A stretch of DNA of 54,067 nt, filler included, from Sphacelaria rigidula (taxonomy: Eukaryota): the NCBI GenBank assembly GCA_964200075.2. It is 3 parts of 3 records of this genome, joined end to end, with 100 filler letters (N's around TTAATTAATTAA, not from the genome) between each part and the next. Parts side by side here need not be neighbours in the genome. Positions count along the whole stretch, not along the records: positions 1 to 17,958 come from CAXNAA020000952.1; 2 more parts are not named here. The stretch is one strand, 5' to 3'. Each line of letters begins with the position of its first letter. The first letter of the stretch is position 1. The translations under genes and the position numbers were made by a program. Below, piece after piece: positions 1 through 11,819 of this stretch. The notes beneath the pieces were generated by a model. It had not been told where the DNA came from. It did no database searches and saw only the letters and a program-made list of their open reading frames with translations.

Positions 1-93
1 GGCTGATGCGCCCACATATACCGAAAGGTATAGACCGGCGTCCAGAATAGAAGGGACGACAACACAACACACACAACACACACAACACACACA
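1..93 (+). mobile_element. 3' end of tRNA-derived SINE family A (CA-rich tail), cut by the window edge
   Basis: GGCTGATGCGCCCACAT..TACCG..GACCGGCGTCC.GAAT followed by a CA-rich tail matches 44493-44588 and the minus-strand full-length copy at 52021-52360. Confidence 0.75.
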
Positions 94-233
94 TTCCTCA
101 ATATTCACCTCATTCGTTGGATGTTTTGATGACGATGTCCAAAACTTTCAAAGTGGCTCTACCCTTGATTTCTCGACTACGAAAAACGGTAACGGATAGT
201 GCTAATTTATTTTTTAAGGAGTACAGTTTCGTG

Positions 234-682
234 CTAGAAACGAAATGTTGGACATCCCTGTTTTGCCGCCAAGAAGTACTGCATGGCGACGAATTGATGG
301 TCGTCTAGACGTATGGTGTTCATCGCCATCTCAATCGTGCCAGCAACGTGCACACCTAAAAACTGGAGCGCGATCGGGCAGGAATTTAACACAAACTCGG
401 CTACATCGTCATTCTTCACCAAAATGCCATGCACCTGTTCGATCCTCCGAACGTTTTTCTCATCCCGCTGAGCTTGTACATAGCGGTGCCGCACAGTAAC
501 ATGCGCTGGCACATGAAACGTGACCAATGCCTTTGAAAACCAAGTGGACCCCCCTCCTCCCCCCCTCCCTCCCTCTCCCGTGCTCCGTCTCGAGAGGGAT
601 CCGTGGTCACTGGTCAAACGACTAAGGCAAACCACAAATGAGTACCGCCTCCCTCCTTCCCCCCCCCAAAAGCTGCCTGTTC
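234..682 (-). CDS. Possible downstream exon(s) of the large chromatin-reader gene; structure unresolved
   Basis: Minus-strand branch-point TACTAAC (~730-736) and pyrimidine tract + TAG acceptor (683-684); joining to the phase-1 donor at 975 stays in the open frame of ORF 234-788. No recognisable domain. Confidence 0.3.
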
Positions 683-975
683 CTAACCAAAAGAAGTCGT
701 GCCCGACGGGCGACAAAATGCCCGACCCGTTAGTACCGGCGTCGATGGTCATACAATACGTCAAATTGGAGAAAACAAACATACACACATAAGGACACTA
801 TGCACCCACAATTATCCTTGTCGGTTGGCTAGGAAACCACACACGCTAAGTAACACACGACGAGCCAAGAGCAAGACTTGGGGGAACATATGTCGACACA
901 CGCTCGCAAACTCCAAATGATCGGATATCTACAACACAAAATCGTCAGTTACCAACCACAGTAGCTTTTTCTCAC

Positions 976-3900
976 CTGCCCCGCTAGACGACCTCCGAAG
1001 ACCCAGAAGGTGCTTGCTGGAGTCCAGAGGTCTCATACGCGCGCTGGACTCCAGGTCTACCTCTTTCACCGAAGTGAACTCGACAGGGACTCGAAAGGCC
1101 ACGCTATCCACACCAATGATCCCCGCACCAACCCCGCCTGCTTCCAGCGGCAGTCCGCCTCTGGCTGCGGACCCTGATCCTGGCATCGCTGTCGTTCCCG
1201 CCGACGACGGTAACGGTGCTCCTATCGACAACCCCGGCGTCGTCACCGTTGCCGTGCCGTTTACGATCACGACCGATCGGAATCCCGCATCCACATCATC
1301 ATCGTGAAACGCGCCGCGCTCGACACACCCGCCTTTGGCAGCACCGTTCGGGCCTGGCCCTGGCCTTAGCCCAGCTCCGGGTCCCCCTCCACTACCTCCT
1401 CCCTCTCCTCCTCCTCCTCTTCCTCCTCCACCGCCGCCGCTGCCTTCGTTGGCGAAAAATGTTGTGATGTCTCCGTCCAGTCCTGATATCTCGGGGGGCA
1501 AAGCGAATGCGATGGGCCGCTGTGAATCTAGCCCCGCCATGACATGCGCGAATGCTCGAGCCACCGGCGGGGGGCGGGGGCGCTTCTTTCCAGCCCGCGC
1601 CACGCCACTTCCAGTTCTCCCGCCCGCGGCCGTCGGTGCTCCGTTTCTGTGCGCTTCGGATAAATCGGACACGAAACCTGCCTCGAAGGCAAACGGTCGG
1701 CTGCTGCCCGGCTTACCAGTCGGCAGCCAACGTAGACGGTGATCCCTCCGTGAGCGACGAACGTCATCATCGGCGAGGCGCCGCTCGTCGTTGGCGTTGG
1801 TTACCGCCGCCGCTGTAGGAGTGGGAGACGGGAGTGGAGGGTCGGCGACTTCGGCTGCTCTTGGTGCATCGCATCTCGGAACGTGAAAATGGGCGCGAAC
1901 TCGGCGCTGGAGCCGCTGGAGCTTGGCCTCAATACACGAGCGGCAAACCCACGGCTGCTGTTCCCCGCCACTGTTGCCTACGCTGGCGGTAGTGCTACTG
2001 CTGGCGGCATGCTCCTGATCGCCTAGACGTGCCGGAATTGCGACCGAAGGAGGTCGATACTTTTTCTGCGTGCCGTCATCACCGCCAGGGATACGACCCT
2101 GCACATCGTCACTGTCGCCCTTCATCGAAGCCAGGGAGGCTAGCCAAGTCTGTTTCAGAACACCCTTCAGCAACTTCACCGCCGGTTTTGCGGCCGAAGG
2201 TGTCGGTCCCGAAGTAGAGGAATTCTGAGCCGGAGGCGACGGACGAGATGAAGCCGGCACCGAACTGCTGCCGCCGGCGGTCGGAGCGGATGGCCGCACA
2301 GGAGGAGGAAACAGCCGAAGTACCACATCCACCAGGGGCCAGCGTGCATCGCTTGCCTGTGCTGCAACATGCGGAAATCGCTGTTTTTGCCGCTGCTCAT
2401 CCCCACTATCCCTAATATGTACACCAGTAACGCCGCGTTCCGAGACACTCGGAAGTCGAACCCACTCGCCATCCCAAGGCATGGCATCTAAACCCTCCGC
2501 TGTCGTTTTACTTTGCTCCAGAACCCCTTCAACGTAGCGTACGTAGTGCGCTCGTAAAACGGGACTCCAGCCCAGGACAAGACCGGCTCGCCAGCTACCA
2601 TCAACACAAACAGCAACCCCATGACCTACCGCGCCCTCCCCGCTGGGTGCCGCCGCCAACTGCCCTGTGGGCCCCACACCAAACTCGGTCAGGCGCTTTC
2701 TGCTGAGCATATCCTCAAACTGCCGACATCCGACTGCATGAACCCCTCCTCGGCAATAATAACATCGTGTGAGCGAGTCCGTGGGTCCAGGGGCGCTGCA
2801 ACTAGAGCACCACTCGACTCTCGTTTCCTCAGCAACACCATCGTCATCGAGCGCACAGTCTTCGTCTTGTTCCGCAACATCGAACACCGGTCCCGGCGGT
2901 GCCGCTCGAACGGCCGCTGGAGCAGCGATGATGCCTGATGTTGGCAACTTTCCATTCACTGCTCCAAAAACGTCTCGCGTGACCGCGCCAGGTGCAGCTG
3001 GCAACTTCGACATCTTCGCGGGCTGCGTTCGGCCTTGCCAGCCGGACCACTGCACCTTCATCCCGACATTATCCGGCGTGCTTGGCAGTAAGGGTGCGAC
3101 TTGTGCGGAAATTCTCGGAGTCGGTTTTGGTTTTCGTGTGTTCGTGCTAAGTGTCGTCATGTACAAGGACGGCAGGCCGTTGCGAGCGTACCACCCAGCC
3201 AAAAGCCCCTTTTCAGCACCGGTCGTACATTCCAGGCACTCGCACCGCCCCTGGCAGCACGGCCCCATCCACGGCCTTGGCCTATTGCTAATACTTTCTC
3301 CCCCATCACCATTTACAGTTTCCCTTTCCCTGCACTCCGTAGCTCCCCCTCCTCCCACCACACCCCCAGTTTTGGCTCTCGTCTCGTCACCTGGCCATCG
3401 AGCCAGACACCGCCACGAGCCCTTACCGCTGGGTGATCCGTTCTCCCGCGACCACTCCACTGCACACGGAGAGCAAAAGTAATAGCCGCAGCCGCTACCT
3501 GCACACTGCAGCAAGCTGCTGAGAGGCAGGACGTGTCGGCAGCGATGACAGAGATACAACTCCCTTGCACAGTGATGTGCGGGGCCGGCGGATAGTAATA
3601 ATGAAGGGCTCGCCGCTCTGTTTGTCACCGACGAAGACGACACCGAGTCTGCCGCGCCGGTGGGTCCGACGCTTCCAGTGCTGCTGCCACTGTCCTGTCG
3701 CATGCTACGAGCTAGTGCGCTATCCCAACCGATGACGGGGGAACAGGACCTACTACCTCCGCCCTCCCCACCAGGTGAATGATCGTACGACATCCGTTTT
3801 TTCAAAGGGTGCCACTTCTTATGTGGAAGATAGCACGCCCCGTCAGACACACTCCTGTTCAGTAGGCGCGCCTTAGCCGACCGGGGGGAGTGATTGCCTC

Positions 3901-6537
3901 TGGCAACGTCGTCCGCCGAGCCGAGTCTCGGGCTTGACGGGCCTGGGCGCTCAAAGGCGCTGCCGAGACTGGGAACCACTGATGGTAGGGGACTAGCGCT
4001 CTCTAGAGGAAAATATGCGTCGAGCTCCAGGCAGTATCGGTGGCTGAGAAAGAACTCGGCCTGTGGCTGGTAAGGGTCGTTTACAACCTTGCCTGAACAC
4101 CGATTAAGGCGTGCACTGAGGCAGTGATGAACACTTGCCAGCCGACGTGCCTCGCACGCTCTCACCCAAGAGATGACCGGCTCAAGGAGCTGGTCACATT
4201 CTACAGGTTGACGGTCATCGAGACGCCCGCATGGCACGATAGCAGGAGTTTTTGCGCTGACTTGAGCACCGCGGGGGATATGCCCGCCGACGGTTCCAGC
4301 GGTCGCTTCCCGATTCCTTGCCCTCGCATCCCTGCCCACACCGCCGCTTTTTTCGCCGACCTCCTGGACAACTCGACAAGCTTCGAATACTTCCGCCTTG
4401 CCGTGAATAAATGGGTCCATTCCAGACCTGGTGTCCTGAGGGTACCACAGCCTCGCAACCTTGAGAAAGACGTCTGCCTCCAACCCGTCCCCCGCCATCT
4501 CATTTCCCCCTGACACGGAGCCCGCTCCCGTTTCAGTTACCGTCTCCCCTGTGCTGAGCAGTCGTCGTTCGACGGCGAGCACCTTTCCGATAGGGGGAAA
4601 CATGCCGTCGCCAGCAGGTGGAATCCCTGATCGCTCCTCGAAACTCCGATCGTCCTTCGCTTTACCTTCCTCTGCACCACCTCCATCGCCCTCCGGATGG
4701 CAACCGCCGCCGCCCGCCGCATACCCGTCTCGGTCGCCGCATTCCCACCTCCATCGCCTCATCATCCAGCGCCAGTTCTCCCGCCGCTGGGTCGGCGGAT
4801 CGTGCTCATCCCCTACTAGGCCACGTACCTCGCCCCCAGGCCCCTCGCATAGCCCCGCCTCGTTCCTCCGGACCGTATCGCGGTTTCGCGGGCGCATCCG
4901 CGCCTGTAACCAGGGCACGTCGCTGTCGCCATCGCTGCACTCTTGCCCTCCGCTGCGATCATCTTGGTGCATTTCTGCTGGTTTCATCAGTCTCACGTCC
5001 TCCACCGCACCGTCTTCCACGAAGCGGACCCTGTATTGACCACTGGTGGCGTTGTGCTGCACAACATCCGCCTCCGCGAAAGTGCCGCCAACACCTCCAC
5101 CGCCTCCCGCACCACCGCTTTTACTACTAGCAAAACTGTTGACGCTACGCCACACTCTTATTCGCTCGCCCGCAAGCGCGTTACCGGACAACCCATCGTG
5201 ACGGGGGGTCGCGAACTCTCCTTCAGACATAAGCGAGCGCTGCACTTCCTCGGATGCCGCGGTGCGTAAGAACACGTACTGACCGGGTCTCGCGGGCCCT
5301 TCCGCCTCACCCACGACTCCTGCGCCTATAGAAGAGGGAGTAATAGAAGCTTCCTTATCCCTGCTTCTCGTGGTGCTCTCCGCACGGTGGGTCTCTTCGC
5401 ACATCTCCGCCTTGGTCAAGGATTTCCCTCGGCATATGGCACACGGCTCCCCCCATACCACCGCACGAGCAGAGCCCCCTTGCCGCACCTGCGGCGGCTG
5501 TGGCCGTGGACGCTTGTATCTTTTCGAGGAGTTTGGAACGCCGCCACAACCACCAACACCACCGACACCACCAGCCGCTCCGACCGGACTCAATGCCTCC
5601 CGCCTGCTTGGAAAGTACCCAGTCTCAAAGTCCTCGTCTCCCTTGGCTGGACGCTCGTGCGCGATATACGTGAGCAAGGTCTCATCTCTCGCAAAGCTGG
5701 CATTGCCGCGGGTGCTACTCCCTCCGCTGCCGCCGCCGCCGCCTCCCCCTGTCTTGGCCAACGATCTGCGTTTCTTTATCGACTCCTTCCTCGGCCTGCT
5801 GCTGCTCAAGCTGCTGACGCTCATCGCATCTCCGTGGTCCAGCTCCGCGTCAGTCGCGGCACCAGTAATGTCAGTGTCAGCGCCATCATCACAAGAGCCC
5901 TTCGCATCCCTGTTGCCCTCTCCACTGCCGCTACCCCCGTCAGGTGCGCCAAATAGACATTTCGACAACGAGGATCCCACCTCCGCTTCTGTTTCACGAT
6001 TGCGCGCCCTCTTCGGTGACACCCCCTCTACTCCTTCGATCGCCGTCTTTGAACGACGAGGAGAGCCGTTGTTTCTTTTCCCACTACTGTGCTTGCTAGC
6101 TGCTTTTTTTCGTTTCTCGCTCGGCGTCCGGCTGCATAGCTTGCCACCCTGTTCAGCGCGCCGACTATCCTCTCTAACCTCGAGCGACGACCGAACGCGT
6201 CCACCGCCGTCACTGCTGATCAAACTAGACTTATCCGCCCCTGGCCCCCGTATGTGATTCCGTGGTATGTCTAGGTGGGAATAGACTTCCGACTTCAGCG
6301 GGCTTCGACGTGAGTCTCCCAGGATTCGGCTCGTATCTAGCCCTGCCTCCCGCACCCCATTAGACAGACCACTTTGCTCTCGCGAGCTACGATGGTTGTT
6401 CTTACGTTGCTGAATAAAGTGCAGAGTTTCAGCGGAAAGCGACGAACAAACGAATGTATCGTAAGGGGATTCCTTCCAGCGGGCGACAAAGGACGATGCC
6501 GCCAATAGCCCGGGGCCAACGGTCGGATTCAACACAC
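976..6537 (-). CDS. Main ~5.56-kb exon of a large multidomain chromatin-reader-like protein (Tudor-like, BAH-like, zf-4CXXC_R1-like, split PHD, second Tudor-like)
   Basis: 1868-aa GC-rich open frame; acceptor TGTAG ending at 6538; donor CAG|GTGAG at 976/975. Motifs: GERIRVWR..YRVRFVEDG (Tudor-like), VARLWYPQDT..AEVF..FFLSHRY (BAH-like), CHRCR..C..C..FCSPC..W..PCCQGRCECLEC (zf-4CXXC_R1-like), CSSC..CYYC..HAVGC..WVCRSC (PHD). Confidence 0.88.
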
Positions 6538-6617
6538 CTACATAGATCGTCGCCTAAATAATAAACATTCATCTCACAGTTTTGCCGGTCGCATTCAGAC
6601 ACCCGGTAACCAGATAC

Positions 6618-7629
6618 CACTGACGTAATCTTGATGTGTCTGCGCGACATGAACGGATCGCCGTTTGAATTTTCTACCAACACTGCGGAAACTCTGTTGT
6701 ATGTGTATCGGACCCACCTTGCTATCGCCATTTCGATAAGCATCACAAGCATTAGCTCGTTTGTCTTCCTCGGTTCCATCTCCCACTCGTCCTCCTGCAA
6801 CTTCTCTTTCCCCCCCATCGCCATCTGCTCTCTTCTTGTCTCGTCGGCCCTCAGCTACATCCCGTCTCACCGAGTCTTTCCGACCTTGCTTGTCCTTCTC
6901 ATGCTGCTCCTCCATCATCATCCCCGTCACAACCTTCACCTCATTATGTCGCGGGGGAACACTTCTCGTAGCATTGGTCATCCAACCAGACCACGCGCTT
7001 TTCTCCGGAACCGGATGAATGCCACGCACCTCCTTGTTACCCTCCCGCGTCCGGCCGCTGTCATCTCCCCTATCCTCCCGCTCCTTTCGCACTGCCGCTG
7101 CATTCTCGGAAACAAACTTCTTTCCGCGGAATTTATGATCCTCCGCCTTCCGTTCGTGGAACGACGGGCTCTCCCGTCTTCCCGATACTTCCTTGGCGAC
7201 GCGCATCGTCGTCCCATCACTTTTCCACTTGCCGTCACCTCCGACGCCGCCACGGGGGGTGCTTCCCTTCACCAACATATGGGGGTCATACTTCGAGCTT
7301 TCCCTGCCATTACCAGCGCTGATGACACTTCTCGCTGCGAAATTGGGACGCTCCTGCTCCTCGTACCTGCTTTTCTTGTACTTTTTTTTCTTCTTCTTTT
7401 CGAGTCGTCGCCCTGTCATAAAGTCGGTCTCATTTTCTGGGGTTCTCGTCGCGACCACAGCGTGAGGCGATGGCAACGGCGAGTGCGAGTGAGGAGATGA
7501 GTTATCATCGTTTCGCCGAAACGGTTTGCCGCCATTAGTGGTCGCTGCCGTGCTGTTCATCGCGTCTTCTGGCGGTATTGCTGCCGAGGACGCATGGTTT
7601 TGTCGAGCCACGGTCACCACGGAAGGCAT
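6618..7629 (-). CDS. Probable first coding exon of the same gene (basic, low-complexity N-terminus with a KKKKKKYKK NLS-like run)
   Basis: 344-aa ORF from ATG 7629 ends ~60 nt before the next ORF; phase-1 GT donors at ~6617 or ~6602 join in frame to the acceptor at 6538. Exact donor uncertain. Confidence 0.72.
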
Positions 7630-8524
7630 TCATGCCCCCCGGCACCACCGGCTACTGCACTTTTTTCACACGCGGGGCAAGGCGGTGGACAGGAGGGATT
7701 GAGGTCAACATAATGTCACGCCGATCAGCAATCTCGATGAACAAGGTAAAATAGAGCACACCACGAAGATGAAGAACCAAAGCACTACTAGCATCGTTGA
7801 CAAGGGGAAGAGGTACAGCTTACTCCAGTCGGGGCACAGTCTTGTTCTGCAGCCTTCGGACGAGGCATCATCAGTAGCCTGGCCTTTGCGTGATGCAGCG
7901 CGTACTTATTGTAGCGCTACTACTGTATTCAACAGCTTCAGGATCGAGTCATGCTTCATGAAAGAACGCAGGTTCACTTACAATACGTATATCCTGTTCG
8001 CTGACTCTTAGTTAGCGAAATCATCTTCGCCTCGGTCGTGCAGTGGGATAGCGATATCAAGAGAGCCCCGACTGCGAATGAGAAAAGAATCATCACACAG
8101 CGGCTGATTCTATCCGCGTACTGAGCTGTGGTGTACCGTAGAAAAGACGCTTGTGTCATGGCTCGTATGTATACGTGGGGTTGTGTAGCACTGGTCTGGA
8201 GGTATGGCTAGTCATGTTCACGGCAACAGGACCATCGACATCAACAGTTTGCCCACGGGTCGATGGTCCTGTGATCAACTTGACTTCGGAACTATCGTGT
8301 CGTTCAAGTGACAGCATGCCCAGTTACGTCGAAAGGTTGGTGTCGAGCACTTGTATGAGAATAGGTGCCGGAGAAACCCTGACCGGTTTTGAGCGGTGTA
8401 AACAGCGTGCATGTTTTCGCTGAGCCAATTCCATCAAGCACATGTCTTCATGCTTGGCAAGTGATGCATGCTGCCCATCACTACTGCTGTGATACATGCA
8501 AACGACGTTCTCCTCGCCTATGTA

Positions 8525-9634
8525 CAAGCTGGTCCAGGTTGGATTCCCAAAATTTATTCCCCGGCTAGTGACGAACGCAATACCCAGCCAATATGAACAA
8601 ATTTGGTATCATACTGACCGCAGTGAACAGACGAAAAGGGTGACATAGCCGGATTTTTGTTCAAGGCTATATAGCGGTGGCGCTATGGACAAAAAAGTGC
8701 CTCAACCAATCAGCGCCTTTCAAATGGTTCCGAAATTGAAAACACGAATTCCGAGCCCAATTTCCACCGAATCTCCACATGGTTCAAATCGTAGTAACCG
8801 TCATTAGCTTGGGAACCTAATGGGAGAAACAGATTTGAAAACGGTTCCAGCGGGGTCGAATTTTGCCCAAAACCGTCATGTTTCGGTGATGTGGAGCTAT
8901 GGCGTCGTCTAATTGCCACTCATGATACGTACGAACGACCCACGGAGCCTCGAGATGATTTCCCTTCTATCTGTTGGAGAAAAGCTCAGATTATCCTCAA
9001 ACTTGGCAGTTCTATAGGTATTGATGCTCCAAATGGAATATTACATTATTGGCAAAATTTCAAAGTTTCTCCGTTCTGTACCGGCTTCCGGGGGTCCCAG
9101 CATAAAGACCCCAGGAAACCGGTACAGAATGCCCCAACACCAAAATTTTGACATCTTAGGTTTAGGTGGTATCCCAAAGAACATTTGCACCAATTTTCGT
9201 TGCTCAACTAAAAAAACTGAATCGGCTGGGTCTCTTACCGTGAGAACAATCCCCCAAAAGAGCGATTCTGTACTTTAATCAAGTAATTACAGACTTTTTT
9301 ATACTTCAGCGCACGTTTTGGCATTTCCTCACGCCGTTATTTCGAGTTAGACCACGAAAATTTGCACACATGTTCTGGAGGGCACTATCTGAAACCCGAA
9401 GACCGTTTATTTTCATTTTTCTTTCATGGTTTTTTATCCAAGGTCGCGGTTGACCAACTTGACCGGGGCAGGGGTCAGATCCCGACTATCTCGACACCAA
9501 AAAAAACAAACGGTCTTTGAGTTTGAGATAATGCCCTCAAAAACGTGTGTGCAATTTTTCGTAGTCTAACTCGAAAAAACGGCGTGAGGAAATCCCGGGG
9601 AATGAATTTTGGGCGTTCACTCCGAACCAGCTCG
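8525..9634. mobile_element. TA-flanked non-autonomous DNA transposon (Tc1/mariner-like MITE), family member 1
   Basis: TA|CAAGCTGGTCC ... GAACCAGCTCG|TA; imperfect TIR extends ~40 bp (CCCAAAATT.ATTCCCCGG); internal inverted repeat 9323-9593. Confidence 0.75.
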
Positions 9635-9807
9635 TACTTCGAAGAAGTTCTCAAGCCAAAAGGATCGAAAGTATACCCCACCCGAGTGTCGATGCAAGAC
9701 CATCGACACCTTTGGATATGTATATCGAAATTTTCATCTTGTTCGTGTTACCCATGTGATGTGCGTTCATGGTTAACAGCACGTACGACACACATACCCC
9801 TGAACGC

Positions 9808-10045
9808 TGTAGCTAACCTTAACCCTAAAGTCGCCGCCATAGCTCCCCATTGTGCGTTCGACGGGTGTACATCTTGATCATCTGTGCCAAGTGCCTTGGT
9901 AGGGTGTATACCTACATTAGTTTTGTCTGTAAGGTACTTACTGTGATAACCGTTTTGTGCTGCACCTGACCGCATAGCTAACTCTAACCCTCAGGTCACC
10001 CATGAGCCTGTCGTGTGCGTTGGAAGGGTGTTCGAGTGGATCAAC
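9808..10045. repeat. Diverged repeat pair containing telomere-like TAACCC motifs
   Basis: GCTAACCTTAACCCTAAAGTC..CCAT..TGTGCGTT.GA.GGGTGT..GATCA at ~9812 and again at ~9977. Confidence 0.5.
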
Positions 10046-11819
10046 TGAGTTGATAGAGAGTACATCTGCTGTCTGTATCGCTGTACCGTCTGTACTTCTG
10101 CAGCTGCGTCTTCAAATCTGGGCTAAGTGCGCCGGTAATGGGGGAGGGTTCAATCTGGGCTATGTGAAATGGTAGGGTGAATGTCCATGGCACGTGCATC
10201 GATAGGGCATTAATCTGAGTTTTCGTAGGCGGTGGCAGGAGGTGACACGTAGTTGGAAGGGGGTGCCTCGAAAGCTCGACCTTGACGCGCATCTCTCATG
10301 ATCCAAGGGTGTCGATTGTCTTGGATCCAGTACACTTCACCACTCGGTCGGATATAACTTTCTCGGAACATGGTTACTTGATATGAGCAGTAGAGTTCAT
10401 CACTTGGTAGTACTGAATTTTAGTGTGGTGTAAATCCGGATGTTCGACCTTCGATACCGGGCCTGCAGAACGACCAATGAGGCTGGTCAGGAATGACGTG
10501 TCTGACGTCTGCACGAAACAGTGGCTTCATGTTGCTGGAAATCCATGCATGTAAGCGAACCGAAGGGTTAGGAGGGAGACCGAAAGTTCCATCCAATCTA
10601 TTTTCAGGTGCAGGTTCAAATTGTAATTCGGGTGGGGTGCGCATTAGGTAATGTACAGATGAAACAAGCGGTATGGTCGCCGTAGAGATGGTCGCCGTAG
10701 AGAGCTTGCAACAGAATCTGGCGACCGGGGGCCGCCCGCCACCCATGGCTTTGAATGATATTACTGTCTACATCATCTTGCCACACAGCCCTCTGTGGTC
10801 GGGGTGGGTCGCAATTTCCCTCTTTATTGCAAGCGGCAAACTCTTTCGAAAGGGCATGGGCGTTGCGCCGCACATACAGTGCAGTACCCCTCTCCGGCTG
10901 CAGCAGCAGCTACCGCTGCATACTCCCTGACACGTTTTGGGCAGTTCTCAGCTACGGAGATCAACTGCCTATACACAGCTTGTTCGTCCCCTTCCACTAC
11001 AAACATGTTTACTGCACACTGCAAGGCATCGGCAGAGGGATAGGCGGAACTCATAACTATAGCTCCTTCTCTTGTCCCACGGCCAAGCTGGGTTTCGTGC
11101 CCTCGTGAAAATAACCACAATGTAGCTTGTACACTTCCCCCCGACTTTTCCCCTCCAATTATGTGTTGATGCAAGTACCACGTTTTAGTATAGACTGGCG
11201 ACCCAAAACACATCCGGGAAATCACGGGAGTGCTATACTGAATGTAAGTAAAACGAGGAATTGTTCTCCGACCATCCGGGCTTTGGATATCTGGGAAGGC
11301 GTTTATCTGGGCCAGGGACAGGGCCCCCACACGATCCTAGCAATGATATCAAATTCGGTAACAATCCCTGCACTGGTCGTTCGGGTCTGGACGATAAATT
11401 TCGCCTCGCCGTGATTGGGCAGGTCACTCCCTGACTGTTTTATTATCTTACCAACACATGGTCAACCCCGCGTTAGTCGGGGGGTCGGTGTCAAAAGGGT
11501 TGATGGGGGTGCGGTGCTCCTGACGTGCTACTAGCGTGCGCAGAACGCGTTCTTGTCTAAATCGGCGCCTGGGGCGATGATTTGAGGTCTGGCAACGCAC
11601 ACTTTGTCTTGAAGACAATTCGCGCTTCCCTTGCCCGAGGGTTCTCGGTATGCCTTCGTTGAGGTTGGGATTAGGGTTAGGGTTATTAGTGTCAGTGTTA
11701 TTCGAAATCAATAATTTCGGAGAAACTTCCGATACCTACAAAGTGGTAAACTAACCTCTCTTGAGTGTGAACACCGATACTCGGATCTTTGCTGGGGTTG
11801 ACCGACCCAAGTGCTCCTA

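Noticed and set aside
1014-7500. Many plus-strand and alternative-frame ORFs of 60-295 aa
   Set aside because: Shadow frames of the GC-rich minus-strand gene
10041-11430. Intact gene in coding-looking segments (also 14770-15070, 18300-19290, 20900-21660, 33900-34240, 35020-35300)
   Set aside because: Only short broken frames with no recognisable motif; may be decayed transposons but cannot be supported without a search
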